From a virus, in the IMG/VR virus record IMGVR_UViG_3300045974_000563: a stretch of 37,520 nt of DNA; one strand, given 5' to 3'. The notes beneath the pieces were generated by a model, which saw nothing but the letters and a program-made list of their open reading frames with translations, searched no databases and was not told where the DNA came from. The translations under genes and the position numbers were made by a program. This document shows, piece by piece, positions 1 to 6,329 of this stretch (the first letter of the stretch is position 1; every line of letters starts with the position of its first letter).

Positions 1-127
1 CATTCGCCACATCAGCCGGATGCCCCATCTCGATCAACGTCGTTGCCAGGTGCAGGACGATGTTCCAGGCGTTCGCTGCAGTCGGTTCACTCGACAGGTA
101 GCGCACTACGGCAAAGCCCAGCGGATT
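1..127. repeat. Terminal direct repeat, identical to 37394..37520; most likely the overlap of a circular contig
   Basis: Read base by base: the first 127 nt (cattcgccacatcagccgg...cccagcggatt) recur exactly as the last 127 nt. The same ORF runs through both copies. Confidence 0.95.
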
Positions 128-244
128 GCGCTGACCGGCAATCCCGAGGGCCGTGGCACAGTCGTGGGTCCAATGCTCCCAGGTCAGATCACCGCTGGCG
201 GTCGCCGTCACGGCCGACTCTACCCGATTCAGTTCCTTGGTCAT
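1..244 (-). CDS. 5' part of the Q-like late antiterminator gene. It continues across the circular junction into 37167..37520
   Basis: ATG at 244 (minus) overlaps the stop of the upstream ORF as ATGA. The frame stays open to the window edge and matches the frame of ORF 37167..37499 through the 127-bp repeat. Confidence 0.6.
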   Translation of the reverse strand, partial: MTKELNRVESAVTATASGDLTWEHWTHDCATALGIAGQRNPLGFAVVRYLSSEPTAANAWNIVLHLATTLIEMGHPADVAN

Positions 245-429
245 GCCTTCCCCCTCAACTTTCCGGCCTTGGCCAGCTTGGTCAGCTGCCGAATCCGCTG
301 TGCCTTGCGGCGGCGAGTCTGCTCCTTCAGGCGCTGCTCTTCGGCAGCCATCCGTCCGCGCATGTCGCGCAGCCGATCAATGATCAAGACCGGATCCTGA
401 TACATCCAGCCAAACGGCACCGCGCTCAT
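241..429 (-). CDS. Hypothetical small basic coiled-coil protein (62 aa)
   Basis: ORF track. Start/stop overlaps with both neighbours, in a co-directional gene string. Confidence 0.5.
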   Translation of the reverse strand: MSAVPFGWMYQDPVLIIDRLRDMRGRMAAEEQRLKEQTRRRKAQRIRQLTKLAKAGKLRGKA

Positions 430-662
430 TTCTTCCCCTTGTTATCCAGAATTGATTGCCGAATCCGGGCCGTGACGCCGCGCCGGACATCATCACGAAT
501 CGCGACCGCCAGCGCCGCCATCACCACTTCAAACGCCCGGCCATCTGCCTGCGCTGCCCAGCTGAACAGGTGTCGATTCCATTCAAGATCGATGCCGAAA
601 AACTGTGCGATCTCGGCGACCTCGCCGGCCGTCTTCTGCGAGACCACGGCCCGCCCGTTCAC
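426..662 (-). CDS. Hypothetical protein (78 aa)
   Basis: ORF track. Start/stop overlaps with both neighbours. Confidence 0.5.
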   Translation of the reverse strand: MNGRAVVSQKTAGEVAEIAQFFGIDLEWNRHLFSWAAQADGRAFEVVMAALAVAIRDDVRRGVTARIRQSILDNKGKK

Positions 663-865
663 AGCATCACCATGCCGTTATCGTCATCGTTGAACGAATC
701 GTCGCCGGCCGCCCGATCCCGGCTATCCGGCCGACGCGCCGGCTTCATGGGCTTGGCGAATTTCTCGCCGAGCGCCTCTTCAGCCATCTTGCGAACATGC
801 AGCGGCACGCCCTCACCGGCTTCATAGCGCGCCTTGATTCGCAGCCAGGGCGTCAAATCGGGCAT
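659..865 (-). CDS. Hypothetical protein (68 aa)
   Basis: ORF track. Overlaps the end of the replication gene and the next ORF. Confidence 0.45.
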   Translation of the reverse strand: MPDLTPWLRIKARYEAGEGVPLHVRKMAEEALGEKFAKPMKPARRPDSRDRAAGDDSFNDDDNGMVML

Positions 866-1899
866 GGTTGCCCACTTTTCCCATTGCTACGGCGAGTCTT
901 TCGGGTTTGTCGATCGGCATCCTCAGCCAGCATCAGCGCCAGCTCAACCCGACTGCGCAGCCGATCAATCGCCTCACCGGCTACGCCCTCGATGCCCAGC
1001 GCCTTGGCCTTGGCGATAATCCCCGCCTCGCTGCTCCACCAGACGGGCGATGTCGGACTCTTCTCGCCCTTCCCCTTGCTGACCCGCCGTCGGCAAACCA
1101 CGCGCTGCACGAAAATATCCAGGAACGGGAGGTTGATCGGGGATCGGTTTTGCGTTCCCTCTCGATCGCTTTTGGCGAGGCTGTAGGCCTCGTGCAGTTC
1201 CTCGCCGGTCACGGCGAGCTCCAACCATCCGGCGATTTGCGCCGCTCGAGTGGACACCCTGCCCCGGCAGCCGCGCGTCAGTTCCTGCAGACGTATCCAC
1301 TCGGCAACGCGGTCCGCCTGTAGCGGCAGCACCAGCAAAGAAGAATTATCCACAGGTGATTTATCCACAGCTGTCACTGCTGCTGGTGCTGCTTGTTTAG
1401 AAGGATGGTTTACCCTTGTTCTTGAGGTGTGCCCCTCATCGCGGTTTTGGGTATTCCCTTCATCGTGCCCCTCATAAAGCGTATTTCCTTGCCCCGACTG
1501 GGTTTGTCCATGCCAATCATCGTGCCCTTCCTGTGTGCCCCTCATGTGCCCCTCATCTTTTGAACGAGCGGAAGCTCGACGGGCCCTGGGCAGAAAAAAA
1601 ACCAGTACTTCGCCGTTTCCGCGGGGCTGAATCAACCCCGCTTTATCCAGCGCATCCAGGGCGCTGCGGATGGCCTTCTTCGAGGGCGAACCGCACTCGG
1701 CCGCATGGCGGCCACGCACAGGCTCGACGTAGAGCTCTTCAGCCAGCGACTGCAGGCTGATGCCACGCACTGTGCCGACGACCCCCGAATATCTATCCAT
1801 GTACCAGCGCAGCACCAAGTAGAGGCAGCGCTGCAGAAACGGCAAGCCGGCCAGGGCCTCCCATTCCGGTGCGCTGAACGCGATGGCCTTCTCGATCAC
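853..1899 (-). CDS. Replication initiator (lambda O-like) with N-terminal winged-helix region and internal (D/Q/Y)EGH repeats
   Basis: 348-aa ORF in the position of the replication gene, downstream of cro/cII. N-terminus LQRCLYLVLRWYMD...ISLQSLAEEL...AIRSALDALDKAGLI looks like a DNA-binding wHTH. The central repeats are encoded by iteron-like DNA repeats. Confidence 0.55.
   Translation of the reverse strand: MIEKAIAFSAPEWEALAGLPFLQRCLYLVLRWYMDRYSGVVGTVRGISLQSLAEELYVEPVRGRHAAECGSPSKKAIRSALDALDKAGLIQPRGNGEVLVFFLPRARRASARSKDEGHMRGTQEGHDDWHGQTQSGQGNTLYEGHDEGNTQNRDEGHTSRTRVNHPSKQAAPAAVTAVDKSPVDNSSLLVLPLQADRVAEWIRLQELTRGCRGRVSTRAAQIAGWLELAVTGEELHEAYSLAKSDREGTQNRSPINLPFLDIFVQRVVCRRRVSKGKGEKSPTSPVWWSSEAGIIAKAKALGIEGVAGEAIDRLRSRVELALMLAEDADRQTRKTRRSNGKSGQPCPI
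1346..1369 (+). promoter_or_regulatory. Two perfect DnaA boxes TTATCCACA (1346..1354 and 1361..1369)
   Basis: Exact matches to the 9-mer DnaA-box consensus, in direct orientation, 15 bp start to start, inside the replication gene and next to the iterons. Confidence 0.6.
1429..1556. repeat. Iteron-like 11-mer GTGCCCCTCAT x4 perfect (1429, 1465, 1535, 1546) plus degenerate copies (about 1453 and 1522); candidate ori
   Basis: Repeats read directly. The last two copies are directly tandem. They lie inside the O-like gene, as in lambda ori. Confidence 0.55.
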
Positions 1900-1942
1900 G
1901 CGAAAGCCCCTCCCTGGTTGTTGTTATGAACTCTCAAGGAGA

Positions 1943-2401
1943 CTATTCCGCCATGTCTTCCAGGCGCGACAGCATCGCGGCCATGGTCTGCTGGACCCGA
2001 TAGATCGCAGCCTTGACGACCGCCAGCTCGTGCCGCTCGACGCGGCCATCGGCCAGCGTGTCATCCACCGCCCGTCCCACGTCACCATTCGCCCGCCAGA
2101 CCTGCGTGACCAGTTCCAGAACGGCCAGATCTCCGGCCACCGCACCATCTTCCGGCAACTTGACGAACACCCCGCCGCGCTGCCGTGCCGCGGCATGCGC
2201 CAGTTCGTCGGAGTTACACAGATCGACGATCTCTTCCGACCGATCCAGGCTCAGAAAATGCCGCTCGTTGCCGACCAGCTGATTGCGAAGAATCTGCGGC
2301 TTGACGCCATGATCCAGCATAGACAAGGCCGCAGCCAGCGCCTCGATACCCCCATTGAAACTGCGGGCAGCACGGTGCACCGCAATGCGTAAATCGCTCA
2401 T
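1943..2401 (-). CDS. CII-like phage regulatory protein (CP76-type)
   Basis: 152-aa ORF immediately downstream of cro and a terminator. The sequence style (HRAARSFNGGIEALAAALSM...LRNQL) resembles the phage regulatory protein CII family. Assigned by recollection only. Confidence 0.45.
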   Translation of the reverse strand: MSDLRIAVHRAARSFNGGIEALAAALSMLDHGVKPQILRNQLVGNERHFLSLDRSEEIVDLCNSDELAHAAARQRGGVFVKLPEDGAVAGDLAVLELVTQVWRANGDVGRAVDDTLADGRVERHELAVVKAAIYRVQQTMAAMLSRLEDMAE

Positions 2402-2472
2402 GTGTGTACACCCTCAATTAATACGTTTGTCATAGCCATGGCGCGGCCTACAGTGCGCTCAACGGACCGGGA

Positions 2473-2500
2473 ATAAAAAACCGGCGCCCGAAGGCACCGG
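2473..2500 (-). terminator. Rho-independent terminator between cro-like and CII-like genes (tR1-like position)
   Basis: Minus strand reads ccggtgcc-ttcg-ggcgccgg followed by ttttttatt. Confidence 0.6.
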
Positions 2501-2578
2501 AAAAACGATCCACCAGGGAGACGACTTATGGACCGCAGAGAGAGACAGGATTCGAATCGGATTGCCAGGATGGTCATG

Positions 2579-2977
2579 TCAAGACTTCCCGCGCCGATCA
2601 CCACCCTGACGCTGGTAGTAATCGGGGTCCGGCTTTTCCGGGGAGCGCCGTTCGTTAGACCGTTTTTCCGGAGATCCCGTGGCGACAGGCGGCACAATGC
2701 AGATAAAAGGACCGTTTTCGTCGCCGATGGGTTGGAGCGGAATCGCCGTCCTACCTGCAGCAAATCCAATCGGCAAACCATCCTGCACGTTTGGGTATAT
2801 ATCGGGCCTTATCTGATGCGGGGTTACCACCCAGCCAGTCTTTTCAGCAGCATCCAGAACGCGCTCAGCCGGCACGCCATCGCGCACCCATTTGCGAAAT
2901 GCTTCTCCGGAAACACCATTCGCACGGGCCGCCGCAGCCTTAGTCTTATAAAAAAGGAGTAGTGACATGGCGCACAT
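2579..2977 (-). CDS. Cro/YdaS-like HTH regulator. The probable start is the ATG at 2968
   Basis: N-terminus KTKAAAARANGVSGEAFRKWVRDGVPAERVLDAAEKTGWVVTPHQIRPDIYP resembles Cro/YdaS-type HTH proteins. It is divergent from the repressor gene. The long C-terminal tail is unverified. Confidence 0.55.
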   Translation of the reverse strand: MCAMSLLLFYKTKAAAARANGVSGEAFRKWVRDGVPAERVLDAAEKTGWVVTPHQIRPDIYPNVQDGLPIGFAAGRTAIPLQPIGDENGPFICIVPPVATGSPEKRSNERRSPEKPDPDYYQRQGGDRRGKS

Positions 2978-3521
2978 TATTGCAACCGATAGTTGCCATA
3001 GTCAACAACTGATTCGTGCAGCGATTATGAATATTGTGCAACCCATGGTTGCAAATACTAAAAAAGACTTCGCGGACCGCCTGAATTTATCCTGCGATAA
3101 CGCGAAACCGCCCGTCATTTCCGGCCGGGGTAGGCGTGCAGAACTAAAACGTCGGGTGTATGCGTGCGGATTGACCGTATCCGGAGAATCCGTTCGTAAA
3201 TGGCTCAGCGACGAATCAATACCATCGATGGATAACGTGCGATTTATCGCTATCGCATTGGGCGTGGAAGCAGACTGGCTACTTACGGGCCGGGCGGTAC
3301 CGGATCACCGCCAGGCGGATTACGATGTAAAATCTGCAGCGCAAGTCCTAGAACTCAATGAGCCAGCAGCATCACCATTCTTAAGCGCCCGTCAAAGACA
3401 TATCCAGGAGATCGTTGAACTTCTAAGCACTATCAACGATTATGGTGTGGTAATCGTGCGCGATAAAGCGAAGGACATGTCCCTTGAATTTCCCGTTGAT
3501 CTATCGCAAACGGGATCGTGA
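2967..3521 (+). CDS. CI-like XRE-family repressor without an S24 peptidase domain. The true start is probably ATG 3027 or 3045
   Basis: HTH segment LTVSGESVRKWLSDESIPSMDNVRFIAIALGVEADWLLTG. Divergent from the cro-like gene. The first 60-80 nt of the track ORF overlap the cro start and the operators. I see no Ser/Lys autocleavage motif. Confidence 0.6.
   Translation: MAHIIATDSCHSQQLIRAAIMNIVQPMVANTKKDFADRLNLSCDNAKPPVISGRGRRAELKRRVYACGLTVSGESVRKWLSDESIPSMDNVRFIAIALGVEADWLLTGRAVPDHRQADYDVKSAAQVLELNEPAASPFLSARQRHIQEIVELLSTINDYGVVIVRDKAKDMSLEFPVDLSQTGS
2976..3005 (-). promoter_or_regulatory. Leftward early promoter: TTGACT (3005..3000) - N18 - TGcAATAAT (-10 at 2981..2976)
   Basis: Hexamers read on the minus strand. 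The same GTTGTTGACT -35 context is duplicated at 4394..4403. The predicted start site falls near the ATG at 2968. Confidence 0.45.
2981..3054. promoter_or_regulatory. Operator repeats TGCAACC-N3-RGTTGCM at 2981..2997 and 3037..3053 (perfect palindrome tgcaacc-cat-ggttgca), with a degenerate copy at 3004..3020
   Basis: 17-bp inverted repeats seen directly. Related copies occur at 4383..4399 and 4427..4443. Confidence 0.6.
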
Positions 3522-3612
3522 TCAATATTCGGGATTGGCGCAGACCAAATCTATAACCAATAGCCGATATCACTAAGGTAAAAAGTCACAGACGGCTTAT
3601 TCCGGCCGCCTA

Positions 3613-4329
3613 TCAAGGAAGCTGCCGAATCGCTTCAACTGCACTTTGCGCCATCATCGCCGCCATTTTAGGAATGACCTCCTGAATGGTCTTGTCGAGA
3701 TCTTCGACGCGAAGATAAACATCATCCGAATCTGCCCAGCGTTGGTCCGGCGTAGCAGCAATGGTCGTTTCCGAATCCTCATAATTGTCGCCAAAAACGA
3801 TGCGATCTGACGCGGTACAGTCGTTTTTCACGGCCGGCGTAACGATGCAATAAACAGCGTACACAGAAGGCTGGTAATACGATTTATTGTGATGCGAACG
3901 GACGCCAATACTCTCAAAATAGGTATAGATGACGGTCTTTCCATCCGGATTGATGGTCGACGATTGAATCGTTTCCGGTTTTGTCGGATCAACCCTGGCT
4001 CTCCGCTGATCGCCAAGCGCCACCCCAAGCGCTGATAATTCGGCGCGAAATTCAGCATGCAATTTTTGACTGTACTTTTGATCGCGCCGATACATCATCC
4101 CCGTCAGTCGGTCGCTCATTCCACTATTTCTAGACCTCGTGACGAATAGCGACAATGGCGCAGTCAGCACCGTGCCAATGACGTTGAAATCACTGCGCAT
4201 GGTGTAGGCAATTGGCTCAGGTCCATAGAGCGTATCGATCGGCGCATCGTTCTGCCTCTCTGCGAACGCCGCCGACGAGAGACATTCCGCAGCAATTAGT
4301 GCGAATGGCGCCGCAATCTTGAGTTTCAT
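3613..4329 (-). CDS. Secreted protein of unknown function (moron-like), with a signal peptide
   Basis: N-terminus MKLKIAAPFALIAAECLSSAAFA|ERQ has an AXA cleavage site. RBS aggggg precedes the ATG. The region is visibly more AT-rich than the rest and sits between the repressor gene and the rightward promoter. Confidence 0.6.
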   Translation of the reverse strand: MKLKIAAPFALIAAECLSSAAFAERQNDAPIDTLYGPEPIAYTMRSDFNVIGTVLTAPLSLFVTRSRNSGMSDRLTGMMYRRDQKYSQKLHAEFRAELSALGVALGDQRRARVDPTKPETIQSSTINPDGKTVIYTYFESIGVRSHHNKSYYQPSVYAVYCIVTPAVKNDCTASDRIVFGDNYEDSETTIAATPDQRWADSDDVYLRVEDLDKTIQEVIPKMAAMMAQSAVEAIRQLP

Positions 4330-4382
4330 TTAACCCCCTAAGTGATTCGATAAATTTTAATCGATTTACATACGTCTAAAAT

Positions 4383-4444
4383 AGCAACTATTGGTTGTTG
4401 ACTCCATGGAATTTCAGGTGATACAGTGCAACCATTAGTTGCCA
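4383..4444 (+). promoter_or_regulatory. Rightward early promoter: TTGACT (4398..4403) - N18 - TGaTACAGT (-10 at 4422..4427), flanked by operators at 4383..4399 and 4427..4443
   Basis: Hexamers and operator repeats read directly. Same architecture as the leftward promoter. Confidence 0.5.
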
Positions 4445-4601
4445 TTAACCAACCAGGAGCACCAAATTACCCTCACCCTCGCCGGCCTCAAAGTCCACCT
4501 CGCCCACTGCGCTTTGGACCACCGCCACGGCCGTAGCATCGGCCTGACCTTCACGGCCAGCGGCATCCCCGCCGTCCCGGTCCGCCACTGAGGCGAATGC
4601 C

Positions 4602-4874
4602 ATGCCCATTCGCCACTACCTAAAACTCAACGAATTGCAGCAGGACGAACTTAAAGGCCTGTTCAACCGCCTGCGTAAAACGCCCGGCGGCGAGCTGATG
4701 GCCCAGGTCTGGAAAGACGGGGCGGTCGTCAGCCTGATCGACGCGCGAATGGTCGACGCCATTCAGGCGGTGACCGGCCAAACAGGGACCAGCCGATCTG
4801 CCCTGGAAAACTTTAACCATCCCGCCGCACCGAATATCGCCAAGGCCTTTGCCGAAGAGGATCACACCCAATGA
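4602..4874 (+). CDS. Hypothetical protein (90 aa), first gene of the rightward operon
   Basis: ORF track. Its stop overlaps the start of the next gene. Confidence 0.5.
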   Translation: MPIRHYLKLNELQQDELKGLFNRLRKTPGGELMAQVWKDGAVVSLIDARMVDAIQAVTGQTGTSRSALENFNHPAAPNIAKAFAEEDHTQ

Positions 4875-5503
4875 CCACCGACAACACCCTAGCCAGCCTC
4901 AAACGCCGTCTCGAAAAAGCCGAACTGGTGCATCTGCGCAACCATGCCGGAGAACTGGCATCTCGCCTGGAACGCGCCGAAGAAGAATCAACATCTGCCT
5001 GGGCCGCCGCCGAAATGTGGCGTGAAGATCACCTGCAGCTCATGCAGGAATTGGCTGCTGATGGCCACGCTATCGGCCTGACCAAGGAAGGTACCGTCGG
5101 CCTGATGGCCGAAATAAAATCATCCGCCTGCGCCATCGGCGAACAATGGCCAGGCACCGACGCCATCTATGCCGGAATCTCGCTGTCAAGCGACAACGCC
5201 CGTGCCGTGCATCTGATCCTGTGGCCGGAAACCAATACCAAGCAACTCGATCACGCCGCCGCCATCGCAGTAGCGGAAGCCGTCAATCCGGAGCACGGAA
5301 GCCATATTCCAACCCGGATTCAGTCCGTGACCCTGTACGGCAATTTGAAGGATTGCTTCGACAAGTCGCCCTGGTACTGGACATCCACAAAACACGAGAA
5401 CGGCGAGTGGGCGTTCATCCAGTTCTTCAACAACGGCTACCCGGACCTCCACGACCTCTCTGCCGAGTGTCGGGTCCGTGCCGTCAGCGAGATTCCACTT
5501 TAG
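4871..5503 (+). CDS. DGR target protein 1 (type A): N-terminal coiled coil plus DUF1566/C-type-lectin-like C-terminus carrying VR1
   Basis: C-terminus WYWTSTKHENGEWAFIQFFNNGYPDLHDLSAECRVRAVSEIPL. The last ~80 nt match the TR except at TR adenines. Confidence 0.85.
   Translation: MTTDNTLASLKRRLEKAELVHLRNHAGELASRLERAEEESTSAWAAAEMWREDHLQLMQELAADGHAIGLTKEGTVGLMAEIKSSACAIGEQWPGTDAIYAGISLSSDNARAVHLILWPETNTKQLDHAAAIAVAEAVNPEHGSHIPTRIQSVTLYGNLKDCFDKSPWYWTSTKHENGEWAFIQFFNNGYPDLHDLSAECRVRAVSEIPL
5410..5488 (+). repeat. DGR variable repeat VR1
   Basis: Aligns without gaps to TR 10808..10886. There are 8 differences, all at TR adenines (aac->ttc, tac, gac, ctc, cac; cag->ccg). Confidence 0.9.
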
Positions 5504-5537
5504 TCCTTCAACCCTTCAATACTTAAGCCCTTTCGCC

Positions 5538-5744
5538 ATGCTCAATCCTTCTGCAACGACGCGAGCTGTAGTGCACGATTTTGAAGTCACCATGCATCGT
5601 AAGGCCTGCCTGAATGCCAATGAAGCCGCCCGAAAATGCATCGTGTTCGTGCGCGCCACCGACGTCGGAGAAGCCAAGAAAGCTGCAGATCGTCTGCCTC
5701 ATAAACGCGCTTTCATGGCCATGTCGGCAAGGCAAGTCAAATGA
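5538..5744 (+). CDS. Hypothetical protein (68 aa from ATG 5538)
   Basis: ORF track frame. The track start at 5478 is a GTG inside VR1, so the ATG at 5538 is preferred. Confidence 0.4.
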   Translation: MLNPSATTRAVVHDFEVTMHRKACLNANEAARKCIVFVRATDVGEAKKAADRLPHKRAFMAMSARQVK

Positions 5745-5908
5745 TCGCCGCCATTTTCTTTCCAGCCGATCCGGAAGCCTGTGTTTTCGATCTGGTCGAG
5801 CAGGCGCACCAGGCGCAGCGCGCCGGCCTGCGCCTCTATACCAACGGCATCCGCTTCGCCCTGCTGCCGCACCCGATCGCTGGATGGGCACTGTGGGGAA
5901 CGCGCTGA
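5741..5908 (+). CDS. Hypothetical small protein (55 aa; below the track cutoff)
   Basis: The ATG at 5741 overlaps the upstream stop as ATGA. The stop at 5906..5908 lies 2 nt before the next ATG. Confidence 0.35.
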   Translation: MIAAIFFPADPEACVFDLVEQAHQAQRAGLRLYTNGIRFALLPHPIAGWALWGTR

Positions 5909-5910
5909 TC

Positions 5911-6243
5911 ATGGCCCGCCATAGCAACCCTTTCGGCGCATTTGAGATCGATTCATTGCCCGGCCAAAGCCAGGTCGCTGTCTGCCATGCCTTCTTTGTT
6001 CCCGAAGACCTGCGCGGCCGGGGCTATGGCCATTGCCTGAAAGAACTGCAAGAGATCGAGCTGGATATCCAGCATTACGACCTGGCTATTTGCACGGTGG
6101 CCGCCGGCAACAGGCGTCAAAAGCGCGTACTCAAGCAGGCCGGCTGGCGCTATCTGATCGGCTTTCGTAATCGCCGCTCAGCGGAGACCACCGAACTGTG
6201 GTGCCGAGGTGGGCAGGCCGCGGAATCCTCATGCGACGCCTGA
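5911..6243 (+). CDS. Small GNAT-like acetyltransferase (110 aa)
   Basis: The motif VPEDLRGRGYGHCLKEL fits the R/Q-x-x-G-x-G/A acetyl-CoA loop, and KRVLKQAGWRYL is GNAT-like. The start is taken at ATG 5911 inside track ORF 5614..6243. Confidence 0.5.
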   Translation: MARHSNPFGAFEIDSLPGQSQVAVCHAFFVPEDLRGRGYGHCLKELQEIELDIQHYDLAICTVAAGNRRQKRVLKQAGWRYLIGFRNRRSAETTELWCRGGQAAESSCDA

Positions 6244-6329
6244 TCGAAACCGTCCTCATCTCGATAGCCATCATCGTCTGCGGCGACGTGGCCAGCGGCG
6301 GAAACCAGATTGAGGGCTACGGCGAATGA
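6231..6329 (+). CDS. Possible 32-aa membrane peptide
   Basis: Translates as MRRLIETVLISIAIIVCGDVASGGNQIEGYGE, with ATGA overlap to the next ORF. Very short, so uncertain. Confidence 0.25.
   Translation: MRRLIETVLISIAIIVCGDVASGGNQIEGYGE

Noticed and set aside
1-127. The 127-bp terminal repeat as a biological direct terminal repeat or LTR.
   Set aside because: A single gene reads continuously through the junction, and the genome has an HNH + terminase arrangement typical of cos phages. An assembly overlap of a circular molecule is the simpler explanation, though true terminal redundancy cannot be excluded from sequence alone.
43-1186. Plus-strand ORFs at the window start (20..400, 43..693, 605..1186 and others).
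   Set aside because: They are antisense to a tightly packed, start/stop-overlapping minus-strand gene string, and their products are Arg/Pro/Ser-rich.
4439-4591. A 50-codon ORF (TTG start, or ATT at 4466 after aggag) in the leader of the rightward operon.
   Set aside because: There is no ATG/GTG start with a proper RBS, the TTG lies only a few nt from the predicted transcription start, and the composition is unremarkable.
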